From positions 1-13,090 of the forward strand of contig JBIOWP010000002.1 of NCBI GenBank assembly GCA_044868695.1: a DNA stretch of 13,090 bases, read 5' to 3'. Origin of the DNA: a bacterium. Lineage in GTDB: Bacteria > Sysuimicrobiota > Sysuimicrobiia > Sysuimicrobiales > Kaftiobacteriaceae. Of the stretch, positions 7,638 through 13,090 are shown one piece after another. The position numbers and the translations under genes were made by a program. Within the stretch, counting starts at the first letter, position 1. Every line of letters starts with the position of its first letter. A model generated the notes under the pieces. The model was not told the DNA's origin and ran no database searches. It saw only the letters and a program-made list of their open reading frames with translations.

Positions 7638-8726
7638 TCAGCGGTTCTTGTAGACGGCCCACAGCACCAACCCGGTGGCGGCGCCGCCGAGATGCGCGAG
7701 CGCGGAGACGGAACTGGCGCCGGCGATTTGCGCAAAGGCGCCGATAAACTGCAGGGCAATCCACAACCCTACGAAGGCGTACGCCGGCATCCGGATCCAC
7801 CGCCAGTACACGATGAACAGGCGGAAGAGGAAACCGATTTTCGTCTTGGGGAACTTCAGCGCGTAGAATGCGATGACCCCCGAGATGCCTCCGCTCGCGC
7901 CGATCAGCGGCACATTCGACCGCGGATCGATCATGATGTGCGCGATGTCGCCGATGACCGCCGCGGCCAGGATCAACAGCAGATAGCGCGCCTTTCCGAG
8001 GTAGTCCTCCACGTTGTCCCCGAACACGAACAGGAAATACATGTTGCCCAGCAGGTGGAAGGCATCGCCGTGCAGCAGGAACGACGTGAGAAACGTCACC
8101 CCGCTGTGGCGCGCCCACTGGGACGGGACGAGGCCGAACTCGGTGACCGCCTGCCTGAGGTTTGAAAACGCGCCGATGCTGAACGCGCAAATGAAGGCAA
8201 TCAGGGTCCAGGTCAGCCACGGGGCGGTATGGAATGCCGACTGCTCGTACTCGACCGGCATCCCCAGAAGGCCGGGCAGGTATTTCCACAACTCCTTCGG
8301 CGCTTCAGAGCCGAACTGGCGTTCCGAGCGCGCGGCGATCGCTTCCGCCTTGGCGGTGGCCAGAATCTCCGCGGCGCGGTCCGGCATCGCGGGCTCAGGC
8401 CGCGGAGCCGGCTCGACGGGAATCTGTTCGTACTCGCTGGGGTCGAACCAGACGAACTGGCAGACGCGGCAGACCTCTACTGACGGGCCGTCGGGGCCGC
8501 TGCTGACCTCATGCATGGGATCCAGGCAGGATGGGCACTGGCGGCCCCCGGGAACACGTTGGTCGCGGGCGGCCGCCCAGATCTGATCGACTGCCTGCTT
8601 GGCCACCGTCTTACGCAGCAGCCCGATGCCGACCGCGCGGCCGGCGCACGAGGGACATGCCCAGTAGACACCGTGCGGACTGGCGCGCCGATCCAGATGA
8701 CGCCGGTCGACCGGGCAGACGAACAC
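7638..8726 (-). CDS. Rhomboid intramembrane serine protease with two N-terminal zinc-ribbon (zf-TFIIB-like) domains
   Basis: Rhomboid motifs FLLHGDAFHLLGNM, GASGG (catalytic Ser) and AHLGG (catalytic His). N-terminus has CPVD…CPSC and CPSC…CRVCQFVWFD. Start reassigned to GTG at 8726 (362 aa), with GGAGG at 8741-8745; the 8864 start overlaps the CNB gene. Confidence 0.9.
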   Translation of the reverse strand: MFVCPVDRRHLDRRASPHGVYWACPSCAGRAVGIGLLRKTVAKQAVDQIWAAARDQRVPGGRQCPSCLDPMHEVSSGPDGPSVEVCRVCQFVWFDPSEYEQIPVEPAPRPEPAMPDRAAEILATAKAEAIAARSERQFGSEAPKELWKYLPGLLGMPVEYEQSAFHTAPWLTWTLIAFICAFSIGAFSNLRQAVTEFGLVPSQWARHSGVTFLTSFLLHGDAFHLLGNMYFLFVFGDNVEDYLGKARYLLLILAAAVIGDIAHIMIDPRSNVPLIGASGGISGVIAFYALKFPKTKIGFLFRLFIVYWRWIRMPAYAFVGLWIALQFIGAFAQIAGASSVSALAHLGGAATGLVLWAVYKNR

Positions 8727-8758
8727 GTCGGACCCCCGCGCCTCCGTGTGGGCCGGTG

Positions 8759-9184
8759 TTAGTCGGCGTCGTGCGGCGGCTGCTCGCGCATGCGCTGCAC
8801 AACGACTTCGAGCATCTTGACCGCCAGGTCCGGATTCTCTTTCAGCAGGGCCCGGAAGTCCCACCGCACGAGTTGCAGGCAGCGCGTGCGCTCCGCGGCG
8901 GTCACGGTGGCCGTCCGGATGCGTTCTTCCATGAGCGCCATCTCGCCGAAGAACTCGCCGGCCCCCATGTCACGGATCTTGTGCTTGTCACGAGCGACTT
9001 CGACCCGCCCCTCCGCGATGAGGAAGAATCCCACACCGGGTTCCCCCTGCTTGACGATGACCGTCCCCGGTTCATAGACGCGTTCTTTCACCGACCGGGC
9101 GACAAACTCCAGTTCCCGGGCCGGCAGCTTACTAAAGATGGGGACCTTCTTGAGGTACGCAAGCGTGGCGGCAGCGTCGGCCAT
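8759..9184 (-). CDS. Stand-alone cyclic nucleotide-binding (CNB/CAP_ED) domain protein
   Basis: LKKVPIFSKL, IVKQGEPG, GRVEV, phosphate-binding cassette GEFFGEMALMEERIRTATV, and a C-helix. No HTH. ATG at 9184 preceded by GGAGGG; 141 aa. Confidence 0.92.
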   Translation of the reverse strand: MADAAATLAYLKKVPIFSKLPARELEFVARSVKERVYEPGTVIVKQGEPGVGFFLIAEGRVEVARDKHKIRDMGAGEFFGEMALMEERIRTATVTAAERTRCLQLVRWDFRALLKENPDLAVKMLEVVVQRMREQPPHDAD

Positions 9185-9215
9185 TGCAGCCCTCCGCGGA
9201 AGGATGGAAGAGTTG

Positions 9216-9284
9216 ATTCGTCGGCCGCGACAGGCCCCCTTCCTCTCCGCGCGTCCGCAGGGGGATGGCCGGGGCGCGCCGTAC
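9216..9284. promoter_or_regulatory. Possible back-to-back alternative-sigma (SigH-like) promoters
   Basis: Minus strand: GAAGGGGG (9242-9235)…CGAAT (9220-9216). Plus strand: GCAGGGGG (9257-9264)…CGTAC (9280-9284). Both resemble AGGA-N17/18-GAAT. Confidence 0.3.
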
Positions 9285-9290
9285 CCGTTG

Positions 9291-9797
9291 ATGGCGATGG
9301 GAACGACGAGCAAGCGGACGGGCAAGCGACTGGCCGGCGACTGGCGCCGGCAGGCAAAAGCCGGGCTGAGCCCCTGGACGCCGGACGGGCTGCTCGAGGC
9401 GTTCGCGCGGTGGCAGCAGTTGATCGACACCTCCGCGCACCACGCCCGGATCAGCGCCCGGGGGCGCATCACGTTCCGCCTGCCGACCGCGCGCATGGGC
9501 CGCTACTTTGTCGACCGGTACGGGCCGCGCGAGGGAACCACCCACTTTGTGCGCTGGGCGAAGATCGGAGAATTTCTCGCGGACCACATGGAGCGCCTGA
9601 CTGCCGCCGGGCTAGTCCGCGTCGGGCCCGGCGGGACGGTGGACATGAACGCCGATCTCGTGACGAGCCTGTGCGCCGTGCGCTACCGCCGGTCGAGCGC
9701 GCTCCGCCGCGGGGTGTACGCGATCGCGTGGGCTGATGTCATGAGGAAGGTACGGCGGCTTGCGGCGGGTGCGGGGAGAACACAGGCGACTGGCTGA
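9291..9797 (+). CDS. Hypothetical basic protein (about 168 aa), no recognised family
   Basis: Fills the gap between the CNB and FxLYD-like genes with GC3-rich codons and a globular-looking sequence. Start is uncertain (ATG 9291, 9297 or 9204); 9138 overlaps the CNB gene. Confidence 0.6.
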   Translation: MAMGTTSKRTGKRLAGDWRRQAKAGLSPWTPDGLLEAFARWQQLIDTSAHHARISARGRITFRLPTARMGRYFVDRYGPREGTTHFVRWAKIGEFLADHMERLTAAGLVRVGPGGTVDMNADLVTSLCAVRYRRSSALRRGVYAIAWADVMRKVRRLAAGAGRTQATG

Positions 9798-9844
9798 GCG
9801 GAACGCGCGCCGTGGCTGATACGTATAGCGTGATGGTGACGACC

Positions 9845-10513
9845 ATGCGACTGCTGATGCTTGGGGTGATCGTGTGCGTGGTGACGCCGGCGGCCGGCGC
9901 TGCGGGCAGCGCGCAGAGCGCCGCCGCGGTGGTCCTCTCCGACCTCACGCATGCTCTGGAGGGCGCCACGCTGGTCATTTCCGGATCGGTGCGCAACCGT
10001 GCGGCGGCACCGGTAGCGCGTCTGGTGGTCGATGCGAGCGGATTTTCACCCTCAGGGGATCTCGTCGCGTTCGGGAGCGACGGAATTCCCTGGGAGATTC
10101 CATCGGGCGGCGAGGAACAGTTCACCGTCAGGCTGCCGCTGGGGAGCCAGCTCGTGCGTGACTACGTCGTCCGGGTCGCGCTCACCCGCGCGCCGCTCGC
10201 GCCCCTCGCCGCGGCGCGCCGCTCCGTCCGCCTCGAGCTCTACCGCCCGTTCATCCTGTCGCGTGTGCGGGTGTCCGGGGACGCGAGTCCCGGCGTGCTC
10301 ATCGTCCGCAGCGACGTCGGCCTGCTGCCCGTGACGGAGGTGACGGCGGAAGCGACGGTGATCCTGGTCCAAAAGGAGATCGATCTTCTGGAGCGGCTGG
10401 CCCTCACGATTCCCGCCAACGGGAGGCGAATGGTCGCGCTGGGCGGGAGAGATCTCGTGCTGGTCGACGTGCGCCTGATCGACGTGCTCCTGTCGTCGAA
10501 CTGGGGGGATTAA
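9845..10513 (+). CDS. Secreted protein with FxLYD-like beta-sandwich domain
   Basis: Signal peptide MRLLMLGVIVCVVTPAAGA. ISGSVRN…VVDASGFSPSGDLVAFG…IPSGGEEQFTV matches the G-x-V-x-N…F-x-x-x-G…PG-x-x-x-F FxLYD pattern. GGTGA precedes ATG 9845. Confidence 0.65.
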   Translation: MRLLMLGVIVCVVTPAAGAAGSAQSAAAVVLSDLTHALEGATLVISGSVRNRAAAPVARLVVDASGFSPSGDLVAFGSDGIPWEIPSGGEEQFTVRLPLGSQLVRDYVVRVALTRAPLAPLAAARRSVRLELYRPFILSRVRVSGDASPGVLIVRSDVGLLPVTEVTAEATVILVQKEIDLLERLALTIPANGRRMVALGGRDLVLVDVRLIDVLLSSNWGD

Positions 10514-10525
10514 GTCCTTCTCTTC

Positions 10526-11503
10526 ATGCGTCCCGTTGTTGTGCTGCCTGAGTCTATCCACGAAGCCGGCATCGCGGTCCTGCAGGCGGGCGCGGAGGTA
10601 CAGGTGCTGCCCCAACCGACCGAACAGGGCGTCCGCCGGGCGCTGGCGCGCGCAGACGCCGTCATCGTGCGCCTGTTCCCGCTGACGGAGGAGACGATGG
10701 CGGCCGCGCCGCGGCTACGCGTAATCGGGCGCCACGGCGCCGGGTTGGACAACGTGGATCTGGATGCCGCGACGCGGCGGAACATCCCCGTCGTCTATGT
10801 CCCCCACACTCACGCGATTTCCGTCGCCGAGCACACGGTTATGCTCATGCAGGCGCTCGCCAAGCGGCTGCTGCGTCTGGACGACGCGGTACGCCGGGGC
10901 GAGTTCCACGTGCGAAACCAGATTCATGGGATGGAACTCGAAGGGAAAACACTCGGTGTCGTCGGGTTCGGCAACATCGGCCGTCTCGTGGCCGCTAAAT
11001 GCCGGGCCGCATTCGCGATGCGTATTCTGACCTACGATCCGTACCTTGCACCCCGCACGCCGGTGCAGGCAGAGCGCGTTGCCACGCTTGATGCGCTGCT
11101 GCGAGCGTCGGACATCGTCACGGTCCATGTGCCGCTGACCCAGGAGACTCGATCGTTGCTCGGACAGGCGCAGCTCGCGCTGCTGAAGCCCACGGCTCTG
11201 GTGATCAACACCTCCCGGGGTGAGATCGTGGACGAGGAGGCGCTCGCCGGCGCGCTGCGGGCGGGGAAGATTGCCGGCGCCGGCGTGGACGTCTACGGCA
11301 CCGAGCCGCCGCCGTCCACTCACCCGCTGCTCTCCGCCCCGAACACCGTCCTGACGCCCCATGCCGCCGCGCATACGGACGAGGCCCTGCAACGGATGGC
11401 TGTGTCCGTTGCGAGTGATGTGCTGGCGGTGCTGCGCGGGGAGCGCCCGCAGTACGTCGCGAATCCCAGTGTGTACGATCAGGTGACGCCGCCGCGGCAT
11501 TGA
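10526..11503 (+). CDS. D-isomer-specific 2-hydroxyacid dehydrogenase (SerA-like, no ACT domain)
   Basis: GRHGAGLDNVD, Rossmann GVVGFGNIG with YDPY (NAD-type), and catalytic Arg/Glu/His in INTSRG, GTEPP and TPHAA. Confidence 0.93.
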   Translation: MRPVVVLPESIHEAGIAVLQAGAEVQVLPQPTEQGVRRALARADAVIVRLFPLTEETMAAAPRLRVIGRHGAGLDNVDLDAATRRNIPVVYVPHTHAISVAEHTVMLMQALAKRLLRLDDAVRRGEFHVRNQIHGMELEGKTLGVVGFGNIGRLVAAKCRAAFAMRILTYDPYLAPRTPVQAERVATLDALLRASDIVTVHVPLTQETRSLLGQAQLALLKPTALVINTSRGEIVDEEALAGALRAGKIAGAGVDVYGTEPPPSTHPLLSAPNTVLTPHAAAHTDEALQRMAVSVASDVLAVLRGERPQYVANPSVYDQVTPPRH

Positions 11504-11510
11504 CATCCAC

Positions 11511-12305
11511 ATGGGGGCTGGTGTGATTTCCAACAAAGTGAAACAGCGTCTTGGCGAAGGGCACGTAGTCATCGGCCAGTGGATCAGTCTTCCATCCCCC
11601 GCGGTCGCCGAGCTGGTGTCCAGTGTCGGCTTGGACTGGCTGGTGATCGACACCGAACACGGCCCTGCGGACTGGGAGACCGTGGAAGAGATCGTGCGGG
11701 CGATGAAAGGAACCGAGACGGCGCCGTTCATCCGGGTGCCGGCGAACGACCCTGCGCTCATCAAGAAAGGGCTCGACCGCGGTGTGCTCGGCGTTGTGGT
11801 GCCATTGGTGAGCACGGCGGCACAGGCCACCGCCGCCGTCGCCGCAGCGAAGTTTCCGCCCGCCGGGATGCGCGGCGTCGCAGGAACCCGGGCGAGCCGC
11901 TACGGTCTGGATCTTGCGGATTACGTCGCGCAGTGGAACCAGCAGAGCCTGGTGATCTGTCAAGTGGAAACCCCCGAAGCCACGCAGAACGCGGAAGCGA
12001 TTGCCGCGGTGGCTGGCGTGGACGTCCTGTTTGTCGGACCCAATGATCTGTCCGCCACCCTCGGCGTGTTCCGCCAGTTTGAACATCCAGATTTCAAGCG
12101 CGCCGTCGACCGCATTCTCTCCGCCGCCCGGACGCACCGCAAGACGGCCGGCATCATGGCTTCGAGCGCGGACGACGCGCTCATGTGGATCGAGCGGGGG
12201 TTCCGGTTTGTGTCTGTTAGTTCCGACGCCCGCACACTGGCAGCCGCGACCGCCGCGGCCTACGAGAAAGTGAAAACCGGTTTGAAGGAACGGAAACTCC
12301 CCTAA
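11511..12305 (+). CDS. HpcH/HpaI-family class II pyruvate aldolase (GarL/RhmA-like)
   Basis: Motifs IDTEHG, IRVP, KGLDRG, FPPAGMRGV, QVET and FVGPNDL. GTG 11523 is an alternative start. Confidence 0.92.
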   Translation: MGAGVISNKVKQRLGEGHVVIGQWISLPSPAVAELVSSVGLDWLVIDTEHGPADWETVEEIVRAMKGTETAPFIRVPANDPALIKKGLDRGVLGVVVPLVSTAAQATAAVAAAKFPPAGMRGVAGTRASRYGLDLADYVAQWNQQSLVICQVETPEATQNAEAIAAVAGVDVLFVGPNDLSATLGVFRQFEHPDFKRAVDRILSAARTHRKTAGIMASSADDALMWIERGFRFVSVSSDARTLAAATAAAYEKVKTGLKERKLP

Positions 12306-12311
12306 ACAGAT

Positions 12312-12875
12312 CTAGGCCCGGCTGCGGGACAGCCCGACGAGGACAAAATCCCGATACGCTGCCCGGCCCTTTGCTGCATCCAGGGCTAAGAGGTCAAGCA
12401 CCGGCGCCGGATCGGCGAGTCCCCCGTTGCGATCCGGCCGGACATACTGCAGGTAGCTGCTCCATGGGTATTCATCGGGTTGCTGTACCAGCCCCGCCCG
12501 CACCGGGTTCAAGTGGATATATCGTGTCAGCTCAAGCAGATATGAGTCTCGCTGAACGAGAGAACTGCGATAGCGTTCGCAGTAGAGATGCCCTTTCCGT
12601 CCATGGCGCCGATTGAAACGAATGGCGTAACGGCCGTGGATACGGTGGATGAATTCCGGGATATTGGGTTTTGTAGTTTGGACCACGAGATGAATGTGAT
12701 TCGACATGAGCGTATACGCGAGGATCCGCACACTCAGAAGCTTTCCAGCCCCCGCGAGGAGGTCGAGGTACAGTTTTCGATCGAGGGCGTCACGGAAGAC
12801 GTCCTCCGCATTGTTGCCGCGCGCCATGACATGATACACGGCGCCGGCGGCAATCGGGCGAAGTCGTCGTGGCAT
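12312..12875 (-). mobile_element. REP-associated tyrosine transposase (RAYT; HUH/Y1, IS200-like superfamily)
   Basis: MPRRLR…YHVMARGNN, HUH motif MSNHIH, FNRRHGRKGHL, catalytic Tyr in RYIHLNPVRAGLV, and YPWSSY. RBS AGAGGA at 12878-12883 (minus strand). Visibly more AT-rich than the RND genes. Confidence 0.92.
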
Positions 12876-12943
12876 GTTCCTCTTTGGACTCTTAGGACTG
12901 GTCCAGGTCTCCAGGGTTCCTGCCGAGTGGAGCGGAGTACCTG

Positions 12944-12972
12944 ATCTTATTGCAGCATCGCCAAGGCGTCAG
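12944..12972 (-). promoter_or_regulatory. Possible sigma70 promoter for the RAYT gene
   Basis: Minus strand CTGACG (12972-12967), 17 nt, TAAGAT (12949-12944), about 70 nt upstream of the ATG. Confidence 0.3.
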
Positions 12973-12994
12973 GTCTATGACCCAGATGAGCTAA

Positions 12995-13071
12995 TCGGTG
13001 CCAGGCACCGAGGTACCTGGCACCGAGGTACCTGGCACCGGGGTACTTGGCACCACGGCGCCTGGCAGCTA
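12995..13071. repeat. Tandem array of five 15-bp palindromic REP-like units (core GGTRCCWGGCACC)
   Basis: GGTGCCAGGCACCGA 12997-13011, GGTACCTGGCACCGA 13012-13026, GGTACCTGGCACCGG 13027-13041, GGTACTTGGCACCAC 13042-13056, GGCGCCTGGCAGCTA 13057-13071. Confidence 0.9.
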
Positions 13072-13090
13072 GGCTTCAAATGAGACGCGA

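Noticed and set aside
8727..8864. N-terminal extension of the rhomboid ORF
   Set aside because: It overlaps the CNB gene in another frame and is low-complexity; GTG 8726 begins the first zinc ribbon.
9185..9496. N-terminal extension of the CNB ORF (245-aa version)
   Set aside because: ATG 9184 has a good GGAGGG RBS at the domain boundary, and the extension overlaps the divergent orphan gene.
10526..11503. Assigning serA
   Set aside because: There is no regulatory ACT domain, the context is catabolic, and the substrate cannot be determined from motifs.
649..12273. Many long antisense or alternate-frame ORFs (e.g. 1854-2942, 2150-3229, 8531-9736, 10715-11830, 11205-12137)
   Set aside because: Shadow ORFs expected in high-GC DNA; they overlap well-supported genes and have no family motifs.
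12312..12875. Canonical IS200/IS605 element with TnpB
   Set aside because: No tnpB or right-end hairpin is present, and the length and NPVRAG/WSSY motifs indicate the RAYT clade.
12995..13071. Repeat array as a CRISPR array
   Set aside because: The period is 15 bp with 2-nt linkers, there are no unique spacers, and no cas genes are present.
12874..13083. 69-aa ORF with HRGTW repeats
   Set aside because: The peptide repeat follows trivially from the 15-bp DNA period; the ORF overlaps the RAYT start on the opposite strand and has no RBS.

Overview
GC-rich bacterial chromosomal segment. + strand: the 3' end of a TatD-family gene, a secreted M48 metallopeptidase, a ComB-like phosphatase and a membrane-anchored bactofilin-repeat protein, then an RND efflux unit (adaptor, AcrB-type permease, small PII-like PG0541-family protein, no outer-membrane factor). 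That unit follows a possible MerR-type promoter (TTGACA-19 bp palindromic spacer-TACCAT). A convergent - strand pair encodes a stand-alone cyclic-nucleotide-binding protein and a rhomboid protease with two N-terminal zinc ribbons. Next come a divergent orphan ORF, an FxLYD-like secreted protein, a D-2-hydroxyacid dehydrogenase and an HpcH/HpaI aldolase. The window ends with a RAYT-type HUH/Y1 transposase whose upstream region holds five tandem 15-bp palindromic units (core GGTRCCWGGCACC). The most interesting items are the RAYT plus palindrome array, the RND plus PII-like module with its promoter, and the CNB / zinc-ribbon rhomboid / orphan cluster. All family calls come from motif recognition by eye; no database searches were run.
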